From positions 122,835 to 186,834 of the forward strand of contig CAVUCU010000007.1 of the NCBI GenBank assembly GCA_963740085.1: a stretch of 64,000 bases of DNA, in the 5' to 3' direction. This DNA comes from Nitrospirota bacterium. Its GTDB lineage: Bacteria > Nitrospirota > UBA9217. Below the pieces are notes generated by a model, which saw only the letters and a program-made list of their open reading frames with translations, made no database searches and was not told the origin of the DNA. Positions 1-8,244 of this stretch are shown one piece after another; position 1 is the stretch's first letter, and every line of letters starts with the position of its first letter. The position numbers and the translations under genes are program-made.

Positions 1-992
1 TCACGGTACTGAACAAAAGACCATATAACATCACCAATGCCTTCACAGACCCCATCGTGAGCGACAAACTCCGTGAAACGCTCAAAGTGAACAGCTTCGC
101 AACGGTCCCGCTTATTGCAAAGGACCGGGTCATCGGTGTCATCCTTGTGGACAATATGTTCACCCAGAGGCCGATCACCGATGGAGATATCCGTTTTCTC
201 ACCATGTTCGCGCACCAGGCCGCGCTCGCCATCGAAAACGCCATTTTCCACACAAATCTCGAGACCATGAACAAGGCCATGCGCGCAATGCACGAGCAGC
301 TTGTCCAGTCCGAGAAGATGGCGGCACTCGGCGCCATGATGGCCGAGATCACCCACGAGATCAGGAATCCGCTCGTCTCCATCGGCGGCTTCACCAGACG
401 GCTTGCGAAGAAGCTCAAGGACAACGAAGACAAAAAATATGTCGATATCATCCTGAGCGAGGTCACGAGGCTCGAGGGGATCATCCATGACAACCTTTCT
501 TACATCAAGGAGATGGCGCCGCAGCTCGCTGAAACCGACATCAACGGCCTCATCGAGGAGGTCCTGACCCTCTATGAAGACGAACTTGCCCAGCGGCACA
601 TCCGTGTCGAGCGGCATTTTACCGCTTCTCTGCCGCACCTTATGGTCGATACGCAGCAGCTCAAGCAGGGAGTGATCAACGTTCTCAAGAATGCCATGGA
701 GGCCATGGAGAACGGCGGCACGCTCTTCATCAGGACCTATGCGGTTCCTGACGATGAGGCGGCGGCAATCGAGATCGGGGACACGGGGCCCGGCATTTCA
801 GCCAAGGCCATGCATAATATTTTCAACCCCTACTACACGACGAAACCGCGGGGCACGGGGCTGGGACTGCCGATCACGAACAGGATCATTCAGTCCCACA
901 AGGGCAAGATCGAGCTGCGGAACCGGGACGGGGGAGGCGCCCTCTTTACGATCAAGCTGCCTCTCCCGGAGAAAAAGGACCCGCCATCCTGA
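1..992 (+). CDS. sensor histidine kinase, 5'-truncated at window edge (GAF-like region + HisKA + HATPase_c)
   Basis: The frame is open from nt 3 with no upstream stop. H-box 'AEITHEIRNPL' and G-box 'GLGLPITNRIIQSHKGKIEL' are present, with the N/G1 motifs of the HATPase domain. Confidence 0.85.
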   Translation, partial: TVLNKRPYNITNAFTDPIVSDKLRETLKVNSFATVPLIAKDRVIGVILVDNMFTQRPITDGDIRFLTMFAHQAALAIENAIFHTNLETMNKAMRAMHEQLVQSEKMAALGAMMAEITHEIRNPLVSIGGFTRRLAKKLKDNEDKKYVDIILSEVTRLEGIIHDNLSYIKEMAPQLAETDINGLIEEVLTLYEDELAQRHIRVERHFTASLPHLMVDTQQLKQGVINVLKNAMEAMENGGTLFIRTYAVPDDEAAAIEIGDTGPGISAKAMHNIFNPYYTTKPRGTGLGLPITNRIIQSHKGKIELRNRDGGGALFTIKLPLPEKKDPPS

Positions 993-1282
993 TCCATACA
1001 GTATGGTCCCTGGAAAATCAAAAGGTATGGGTCCTTTGCTGTTCTTTGTGCGCTTCGTGCCTTCGTGTGAGTATGTGCTTTAGGGTCTTGCGAGTTACGG
1101 TTCAACTTGCATTCATGCCGCGGAGCAGACAGAAAATCATAAGAGGAAGGGCATTTGCCTTTCACCCGTGATTGGATTCTCTCCGTTCACTCGGTCAACG
1201 CTGTGGCTAAAAATATTTTTCCGGTTTGTCAGGGTTACGTTTCAGAAATTCTGATTTCGAATTTACTGCCGAGGAGGTGCGA

Positions 1283-1633
1283 ATGAAAAAGATACTGGTT
1301 ATCGACGACGAGGAAAATATCCGGGAACTTTATAAAGAGGAGTTCATGGAGATGGGCTACGAAGTAATGACGGCTCACGACGGGGTTCAGGCGCTTGCGG
1401 CTATGGACACTACAAAGTTCGATCTGGCCACTCTGGACATGCGTATGGAAGAAATGGACGGCATAGAAACCCTTCGGAAGATGAAAGAGAAGGACAGCTC
1501 GCTTCCCGTCATTATCTGCACCGCTTACGAGGAATATAAGCACGACTTCGGAAGCTGGTGTTCCGATGCCTACGTAGTCAAGTCCTCAGACCTGTCTCTG
1601 CTCCGGGACACGGTGAAAAAGATCCTCGGATGA
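1283..1633 (+). CDS. single-domain response regulator (CheY-like receiver)
   Basis: 'MKKILVIDDEENIREL...LDMRMEEMDGIETLRKMK' carries the receiver acidic pocket and the phospho-acceptor Asp context. There is no output domain. The ORF-track start at 1226 is an N-terminal over-extension. Confidence 0.85.
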   Translation: MKKILVIDDEENIRELYKEEFMEMGYEVMTAHDGVQALAAMDTTKFDLATLDMRMEEMDGIETLRKMKEKDSSLPVIICTAYEEYKHDFGSWCSDAYVVKSSDLSLLRDTVKKILG

Positions 1634-2928
1634 GCGAAAAGACAGACACGCTCGAGGTGCTCATTGAAAAACTCGTCCACGGCGGCAGCGGGCTGGCGAG
1701 GCTGGACACAGGCCAGGCGGTCTTTGTTCCCGGTGTGCTGCCGGGAGAGCGGGTCTTCGTCACCATCAGGAAAAAGCGAAAAGGCGTTTTAGAAGCCGCC
1801 CTCGTCAAGGTCCTCACACCGTCGAAAGACCGCATCACGCCGCCCTGTAATGGAGAAATAGAATGTACCGGCGCAACCTGGGCGCACATCGCATACCCGT
1901 CCCAGCTTAGGCATAAGCAGGAGATCCTGCTCGACACGCTGAAAAAAATAGGTGGCATCGAGCCCGATCGCCTTCTTCCGATACTCCCCTCGCCCCACAC
2001 GGACCACTACCGGCTGCGGACTCAGTTCAATGTCCGGATGAAGGACAACCGGCAGCGCATCGGTTTTTTCCGCCAGGGTTCGTACGATCTCATTGAAGTG
2101 AACAATGCGTTCCTTATCCACCCCGTCATCGACGGGGTACTGAAGAACATCCGAACCCTTTCTGACAGGCTCCCGTTGCTCACCGAACTCCATATCAACG
2201 CCTCGCCGACGGGAGAGGTGCATCTCCTGCTCTTCAGCGAACAGCCGCTTTTCCCTGCAATGGACCCCTTTTTCGCTGACCTGAAAAGAATCTCACCCGA
2301 AGTGATCGGCATGACCGGATTCGCGGGCAGAAAAAAGGTCTCAGCCCTCGGCAGGAACCAGCTCACTCTCGAAATAGAAGGAATGACGCTCAAAGCCACT
2401 GAAGGGAATTTCTTTCAGGTAAACTGGGAGCAGAACAGGAACATGGTAAGGACAGTACTGGAATTTACCGAACTCACGGGGAACGAGACCGTGCTCGACC
2501 TTTACTGCGGCATCGGCAACTTCTCCCTGCCGCTCGCGAAGAAAGCAAAGGCCGTGATCGGCATCGAATCGGGTTATTCGGCGATCGAGGACGCGAAGGC
2601 GAACGCTGAGTTGAATGGTGTTCCAAATGCGGAATTCATTGCCGACGATATGCAGAAGGGATTAAAGGCCCTGATCCAGAGGAAGCTGCGCGCCCAAGTG
2701 ATCGTGCTCGACCCGCCGCGCGCCGGCGCTACAATCAAGACGCTCGAGCGCGTGCTCGCCTTTGTCCCTCAGAGGATCGTCTATGTCTCGTGCAATCCCT
2801 CGACGCTTGCACGGGACCTGAAATTCTTTCAACTCTTTGGCTTCCGCCTCGACCGTCTTCAGCCCGTGGACATGTTCCCCTATACCTATCATATTGAATG
2901 CGTGGCGGAAATGGTGAGGACGCAATAG
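1630..2928 (+). CDS. rlmD: 23S rRNA (uracil-5-)-methyltransferase RlmD/RumA family (TRAM + class I SAM MTase)
   Basis: N-terminal TRAM-like 'GQAVFVPGVLPGERVFV', SAM motif 'VLDLYCGIGNFSLPLA' and motif IV 'DPPRAGA' are present. The ATG at 1630 overlaps the regulator's stop (ATGA). Confidence 0.8.
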   Translation: MSEKTDTLEVLIEKLVHGGSGLARLDTGQAVFVPGVLPGERVFVTIRKKRKGVLEAALVKVLTPSKDRITPPCNGEIECTGATWAHIAYPSQLRHKQEILLDTLKKIGGIEPDRLLPILPSPHTDHYRLRTQFNVRMKDNRQRIGFFRQGSYDLIEVNNAFLIHPVIDGVLKNIRTLSDRLPLLTELHINASPTGEVHLLLFSEQPLFPAMDPFFADLKRISPEVIGMTGFAGRKKVSALGRNQLTLEIEGMTLKATEGNFFQVNWEQNRNMVRTVLEFTELTGNETVLDLYCGIGNFSLPLAKKAKAVIGIESGYSAIEDAKANAELNGVPNAEFIADDMQKGLKALIQRKLRAQVIVLDPPRAGATIKTLERVLAFVPQRIVYVSCNPSTLARDLKFFQLFGFRLDRLQPVDMFPYTYHIECVAEMVRTQ

Positions 2929-3493
2929 AAGCGGCAATTCTTTGAACCGACAGTCTTCCCCATCCGAGTAAAAAGTTAATATTGAACTTTGGTAATCACG
3001 AATAGATAAGGATGGGCGTAATTGTGGGTGTAGTAAGCCTAAAGTTATGGGTATATAACCCAACACGCACTTTGCTTTTTACTGAGGCATGATGAAATGG
3101 TTTCGTTTAAGGGATATAATGTTTATAAATATTACAAAAAAATTACCAATTTTCCATTTATTGACCGTTCACAAAGGCAAAGAGAGGAGCCGGGCATTTA
3201 GATTATCGTGTAATTGATTCTTCAAAATTCTTTGATGCTGATATTAACTTTTTGTTTTTATTATAATATTTATTCTCAGAAGTGGTTTCATTTATACACA
3301 CGCTGTTTTTTCTTTCACTCCCCCATAATCCCCACGAATCCATATGTACGATTGTCGAACAAACTTACACGAAAAAACATAATACTATTTTAGTACAAAA
3401 TTCAATCAGTTCTGTTTTGGCAATTCTTTTGCATTTTAATTCCATAGAGAAAGAGATTGAGCAGGTAATGTAACCAAAGTTCGGTGAGTATCC

Positions 3494-3700
3494 ATGAGCA
3501 AGCAAGAATTCATTAAAATTACCCGGGAACAGGAAAAAGAGATCAACCATATTTTGAACGACAGCTCTCTTTACCTGAGCATGTCTGCGGCAGAGAGACG
3601 AAAGCTCATACACTATCTCGTATCATCTTACTTTAACCTTCTACCTGTTGAAAACCGTCGGGCCCTTCCCACGGCAATGCGCACCGGATCGGCGATGTAA
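3494..3700 (+). CDS. hypothetical small protein (68 aa) in AT-rich region
   Basis: The ORF has a GGTGAG Shine-Dalgarno-like motif 7 nt upstream and sits in an approximately 35% GC segment. No recognisable domain. Confidence 0.3.
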   Translation: MSKQEFIKITREQEKEINHILNDSSLYLSMSAAERRKLIHYLVSSYFNLLPVENRRALPTAMRTGSAM

Positions 3701-3833
3701 ACCAGGATGCGTTACGTATTGCCCCTGGGAAATGAGTATATAATAAAGTGCCTTGTACCGTGAAAATGGTTTGGCCTAAATGGGCAATACGCCCCCTGCC
3801 ACACTCGCGGGCCCGAAACATTCGCCTCCCTTA

Positions 3834-3877
3834 ATGTCGGAAGCTTTGAGTATGATCGCTTCCGACATTTTTTTATT
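3834..3877 (+). terminator. rho-independent terminator (11-bp perfect stem ATGTCGGAAGC/GCTTCCGACAT, 13-nt loop, T7 tail)
   Basis: The hairpin plus T-run is directly visible in the sequence. Confidence 0.6.
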
Positions 3878-3928
3878 TCACCATCATCGCAAAGAACGAT
3901 CCACTCTTCTCTCGTCTGCATGCAACTC

Positions 3929-4357
3929 TTAAACAAACGAGACCATGCGGGTAGCCGCGGAGAAAACAAATACTCGATCCATATTGGATCCCGGATCGGC
4001 GGGAAAAACAAAGAATCCCGGCCGGCCCGGCTGATAGCCCTGCGTCGTTCCGACCAATTCCTCCCCGTCCTTGAATACCACCTTGATCTTTTTCCCCACA
4101 GCCGGCTTGACCGTGTCGAATGTTCTTTTCTCCTGGTATTGACTATCCCCGTCAAAGTCCTTCACAAAAAATACAGCCTTCAATACGTTGACGTAAACAT
4201 CAAGCGGCTTGGAACCGGCCGGGGCGTCATACGGCAGGAGATGGAAAATGTCCTTGTTGGGCATGAAATTGCTCGTATAACCCTTTGATATGCGGCCGTC
4301 CTGATAACGAACGACGATCTTATTTTGTATCATAACGATCCTTTCTTCAGCTTCCAA
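3929..4357 (-). CDS. uncharacterised conserved protein (142 aa), family A paralog 1
   Basis: It shares motifs with the 160-aa ORF at 30651-31133: 'VVRYQDGRISKGYTSNF', 'LKAVFFVKDFDGDS', 'GFFVFPADPGSNMDRVFVF'. It lies 36 nt downstream of the SRAP gene on the same strand. Confidence 0.6.
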   Translation of the reverse strand: MEAEERIVMIQNKIVVRYQDGRISKGYTSNFMPNKDIFHLLPYDAPAGSKPLDVYVNVLKAVFFVKDFDGDSQYQEKRTFDTVKPAVGKKIKVVFKDGEELVGTTQGYQPGRPGFFVFPADPGSNMDRVFVFSAATRMVSFV

Positions 4358-4393
4358 TAATGCATCGCCGGAATTCTGAAAAGAATGCCGTTT

Positions 4394-5062
4394 CTATCCG
4401 TCCAACGGTTCTATGCTTTCCGGCGAATCGTATTTAAAAGAGTTCACCTTTGGAGTAACAGGGAATAATTCCATCTCCTCTGATGGGTAAGGATTCAATA
4501 GCCCGGGAAGAACTGAACTATCCTGAACCCTGGGATCCAGCCATAGGTCATATTTGTCCGCCGGGGCAATGACCGGCATCCGCTCGTGAATGGGCATGAC
4601 CAACTGGTTCGCGCCGGTCGTTATGATCGTACTCATCGTGAGCAGTTCACCGTCCGGGGACCCCCAGGCGTTATACAGTCCGGCAAAGCCAAATGGCTTG
4701 TGTGACTTGAGCCTGACATAGAAAGGCTTCCTTGTCGTTCCTTCCTTTCGCCATTCGTAGAATCCATCAGCCACCACAAGACACCGCTGTTTCTCGAAGG
4801 CCGATTTGAACGCCTTGCTGCTTGCAACGGTCTCCGCACGAGCATTGATCATCCCGTAGCTGGCATCAAGGTCCTGGGACCAGGACGGCACAAAACCCCA
4901 TCGGGACTTGATAAGCCTCCGTTTACCATCGTTGACGACGATCAGAATGTCCTGACTGGGCGCGATGTTATAGTGGGGCGGATATTCAAGATCCCGGTCA
5001 GCGATCCCGAATATCTCCGCGATTACCTCAATGGCGCTATGTATCTCAAATCGTCCGCACAT
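4394..5062 (-). CDS. yedK: SOS response-associated peptidase (SRAP/YedK/HMCES family)
   Basis: The hallmark N-terminus 'MCGRF' (catalytic Cys2) is present along with conserved 'YNIAPSQ' and 'ADGFYEW' motifs. An extended -10 TGCTATACT and an AGGTGA RBS are visible upstream on the minus strand. Confidence 0.9.
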   Translation of the reverse strand: MCGRFEIHSAIEVIAEIFGIADRDLEYPPHYNIAPSQDILIVVNDGKRRLIKSRWGFVPSWSQDLDASYGMINARAETVASSKAFKSAFEKQRCLVVADGFYEWRKEGTTRKPFYVRLKSHKPFGFAGLYNAWGSPDGELLTMSTIITTGANQLVMPIHERMPVIAPADKYDLWLDPRVQDSSVLPGLLNPYPSEEMELFPVTPKVNSFKYDSPESIEPLDG

Positions 5063-5129
5063 AACCGGTCACCTAACCTGTTGTAAGTATAGCACGTTGC
5101 TGCAACCGCGCCCGGGATCCAGAAAACCC

Positions 5130-5159
5130 TTGACAGGTGAACGTTCGTTCACTTATACT
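5130..5159 (+). promoter_or_regulatory. lexA promoter: -35 TTGACA (5130-5135), -10 TATACT (5154-5159), LexA dyad GTGAACGTTCGTTCAC (5137-5152; Cheo-type GAAC-N4-GTTC at 5139-5150)
   Basis: The palindrome lies in the spacer of a sigma-70-like promoter. The ATG at 5166 sits 7 nt after the -10 element, so the lexA mRNA is probably leaderless. Confidence 0.55.
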
Positions 5160-5165
5160 ATCTTC

Positions 5166-5762
5166 ATGCCATCACCGATCGCTAAGGAAGAAAAGCACCG
5201 CTCCCGCATCCGGGACATTGCCCGTTTCCAGCAGAAAAACGGCAGGATGCCCAGTTTTTCAGAGCTCGGCGAGATAACCGGTCTGCGGTCAAAGAACGCG
5301 GTATTCAAGCTTGTAGGCAAGCTGGAAAAGCTCAAGGTCGTGGCGCGGGACAAGAAGGGCAGGCTTATTCCCGGTTCGATCGCCTGCCCTGTCAAGGTGC
5401 TGGGAACGGTCGAGGCAGGCTTCCCCTCTCCCGCGGAAGAAGAGCTGGTTGATACCCTTTCCCTTGATGATTTCCTGATCCAGAACCGGGAGGCAACCTT
5501 TTTGCTCAAGGTATCCGGCGATTCCATGTCCGGCGCGGGGATACTTGCGGGTGATATGGTCATCGTGGATAAGGGCCGGACGCCAAAGAGCGGCGATATT
5601 GTGATCGCCCAGGTGGACGGTGAGTGGACCATGAAGTACTTACGGAAGCGTGGTGACAACGTGACCCTCGTAGCCGCAAACCCCAAATACCAGCCCATCA
5701 AACCGAAGCGTGAACTCAAGATCTCGGGGGTCGTGACAGCCGTGGTGAGAAAATATAAATAG
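5166..5762 (+). CDS. lexA: LexA repressor (wHTH + S24 peptidase domain)
   Basis: The C-terminal 'VSGDSMSGAGILAGDMVIVD...KYLRKRGDNVTLVAANP' has the Ser/Lys dyad context. The N-terminal 'GRMPSFSELGEITGLRS' matches the DNA-binding region. The ORF-track start at 5031 is an over-extension. Confidence 0.85.
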   Translation: MPSPIAKEEKHRSRIRDIARFQQKNGRMPSFSELGEITGLRSKNAVFKLVGKLEKLKVVARDKKGRLIPGSIACPVKVLGTVEAGFPSPAEEELVDTLSLDDFLIQNREATFLLKVSGDSMSGAGILAGDMVIVDKGRTPKSGDIVIAQVDGEWTMKYLRKRGDNVTLVAANPKYQPIKPKRELKISGVVTAVVRKYK

Positions 5763-5783
5763 GGCAAGGCAAAAATGAATTAG

Positions 5784-6001
5784 TCTCACACGAAGCCACA
5801 AAGCCACGAAGAAAGGCGGAACTCGCAAATGTCCATACAACACAAGGATGGAATGACCGAGATGAATTTCGGTGAAGGTATGATGAAAGATGGCATATCC
5901 CGTATTCTGAACGGACAGGTAACATAGTACGAAAAATCATATCTCACACGAAGCTACAAAGAAAAAAGCTCCCCTTCGTGGCTTTGTGCCTTTGTGTGAG
6001 A
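5784..6001. repeat. MITE-like element with ~30-bp terminal inverted repeats (TCTCACACGAAGCCACAAAGCCACGAAG ... CTTCGTGGCTTTGTGCCTTTGTGTGAGA)
   Basis: The ends are reverse complements of each other. The internal 5942-5967 stretch repeats the left end. The motifs are related to the 12014/23135/53224 repeat family. Confidence 0.5.
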
Positions 6002-6190
6002 ACGATCTGTTTTTTACGAGGATCAAATTCCGTCTTGCGGAAAATTATGAACGATGTTAAGCTGAATGCGGATCGAAGCCGATGACATGCCGATACGGCT
6101 GCAGGCTAAAGCAGCACCTCTGGGAAAGCGCATACAGAGAGATGCTTCTTGTCCGAATAAATAAGTTAGGCTCTACTAAGGAGGAAATGA

Positions 6191-7270
6191 GTGGGCGTTG
6201 AGGAGAAAAACAGGAACGAAATCCTTTCCCGGGTAGTTGCCGCTCTCTTTGTGAAATCGAAGGGAGGGGAAGAGCTGTCATCCAATATCCATCGTCTCCG
6301 CGAGGAAATAAAGAAAGTGATCGAAGGTGAGGATACGATATTCGGAAAATTCCGTGGACTCGTGGAATCGTTCCGGGACATCATTCCTGAGGAGAAACAG
6401 CGTTATCATGCCGCTATCCAGGCATTGTCGACAACTTCGAAGCTAAGCCAGCAAGAGATCGTTAAGGCCGTCAACAATCAGTTCGAGGAGCTTAAAATAC
6501 TCGAGAAGGGTTTAATGCCTGCCCTCCCCGGTTGGCGCGACGAGCTTAAGGTCATGGAAACCAGATCGCGGGAGATGCGGGACGAGATATCGAAACTGCG
6601 TGAAAAAATAGGGCAGCTTGAGAGCGAAGAAAAAGGGATACTCACTGGCATGGCGGCACGGGAAAAGGAAATGGCGCTCGTCGAGAAGGCAGTGACCGAA
6701 CTTTTCACGGATTTGGGAGCGGAGATAACCTCTATCAAAAAAAAGGTTGAGGAATTTACTGCTGAAAGTGCGGCCTCTCAGCCAATCCCGGCCAAGGATT
6801 CTATGAAAAGTGATATTCCCCGCGAGGAAAAGGGAAGCGGCGAGCGGAAAAGCGAGATCCCCGAGTCTCCAGCACCGCAGGGTGCGGAATGGCAGAAAAA
6901 ATGCCCTATGTGCGGGGGGCGAATGGACTTCTACAGTCAGGAGGAAATGTGGCAGTGTTATTCCTGCGCATACGAAGAACTAAAAAAGGATGAAGCTCCG
7001 GGTGAAAGCGAAGAGAAAAGTGAGCCTGCGAACGCACCTCAACCCGCTCCGGCTTCGAAGCCGGGTTCCGGTCCATCTCCGCGCCGTGCCGTCCATATGG
7101 GATCCCTGTCTTCCGACGAAAACCAGGAACCAAGAGAGGAATCATCACTGTCCATTAACCAGCCATCGTCCAAAAAAAAGACCTGTCCGGTCTGCCGTAA
7201 AAAGATGGATTGGCACCAGAAGGAGAAGGCCTGGCGGTGCCCCTTCTGCGACTACGAGAGAAGTATCTAA
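6191..7270 (+). CDS. hypothetical coiled-coil protein with two C-terminal zinc ribbons (GTG start)
   Basis: AAGGAGG RBS sits 7 nt before the GTG start. The N-terminal approximately 200 aa is heptad-rich and charged. Zinc ribbons are 'CPMCGGRMD...CYSCAYEE' and 'CPVCRKKMD...CPFCDYE', separated by a Pro/Ser/Glu-rich linker. Confidence 0.6.
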   Translation: MGVEEKNRNEILSRVVAALFVKSKGGEELSSNIHRLREEIKKVIEGEDTIFGKFRGLVESFRDIIPEEKQRYHAAIQALSTTSKLSQQEIVKAVNNQFEELKILEKGLMPALPGWRDELKVMETRSREMRDEISKLREKIGQLESEEKGILTGMAAREKEMALVEKAVTELFTDLGAEITSIKKKVEEFTAESAASQPIPAKDSMKSDIPREEKGSGERKSEIPESPAPQGAEWQKKCPMCGGRMDFYSQEEMWQCYSCAYEELKKDEAPGESEEKSEPANAPQPAPASKPGSGPSPRRAVHMGSLSSDENQEPREESSLSINQPSSKKKTCPVCRKKMDWHQKEKAWRCPFCDYERSI

Positions 7271-7281
7271 GAGGGCGCATC

Positions 7282-8103
7282 ATGTCTGAAATCTTCGGTT
7301 TCGATGCATTCTCCCCTAAAGAAATCGCTGCGCGGGTCCAAACAATCGGCGTGGTCAAGGCTCGCCTGCCGCTAATTCCCATGCTGATGCTGAGTGTGCT
7401 GGCCGGAGCCTTTATCGCCCTGGGTGCGCTCTACTTTGTGATTGTCAAATCTGACCCCTCCTTGGGCTTTGCCGCCAAACAGGTGCTCGGCGGCGTGACC
7501 TTCTCTTTGGGGTTGATTCTCGTGGTCGTCGCAGGTGCGGAGTTATTCACGGGAAATAATCTGCTGGCGATGGCCTGGGCTGATGGAAAGATTTCCACCC
7601 TCGAGCTGCTGCAGAACTGGGCAATTGTTTGCGTCGGCAATTTTATTGGCGCAGCCGGACTTGCGCTCTTGGTTTTTCTCTCCCATCACCCTGAAATGAA
7701 CAATGGCGAAATTGCACAAGAGTATCTCAGGATTGCCTCAGCCAAGGTCGCCATGCCGTTCTGGACGGCCTTCTTTAAGGGCATCCTCTGTAATGTCCTG
7801 GTGTGCATAGCGGTATGGATGGCGCTTGCCGGACGAAGCGTTATCGATAAGGCTGTGGCAATTATATTTCCCGTGTCTGCTTTCGTTGCGGCAGGCTTCG
7901 AACATAGCGTCGCCAATATGTTCTTTATCCCGCTCGCGATGCTGCTGCAGAACTTCGACAACATAGGAGTGAACTCCAATACCATTACCTGGGTTGGTTT
8001 CTTCGGAAATCTGGTGCCGGTAATACTGGGTAATATTGTCGGCGGCAGCGTTCTGGTTGGATTAGTGTACCACCTCATCTACCGGCAAAAGCGGCATACA
8101 TAA
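7282..8103 (+). CDS. formate/nitrite transporter family protein (FocA/NirC-like)
   Basis: FNT signature regions 'LAGAFIALG', 'VVVAGAELFTGNNL' and 'GNFIGAAGLALLV' are present. Six TM helices are predicted by eye. Confidence 0.85.
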   Translation: MSEIFGFDAFSPKEIAARVQTIGVVKARLPLIPMLMLSVLAGAFIALGALYFVIVKSDPSLGFAAKQVLGGVTFSLGLILVVVAGAELFTGNNLLAMAWADGKISTLELLQNWAIVCVGNFIGAAGLALLVFLSHHPEMNNGEIAQEYLRIASAKVAMPFWTAFFKGILCNVLVCIAVWMALAGRSVIDKAVAIIFPVSAFVAAGFEHSVANMFFIPLAMLLQNFDNIGVNSNTITWVGFFGNLVPVILGNIVGGSVLVGLVYHLIYRQKRHT

Positions 8104-8244
8104 ACACATAAAATTCCCGACCCGAAGGAACCTATAGGGCCTTTCTCCCTGAGTATACCCTGTTTGAGTTGCTGGAGGAGGGAATGCAACGAAAAATACC
8201 CGGCCCCAAAGACTCCTGCTCGGATTGTTCTAAACTCTGGCGCA

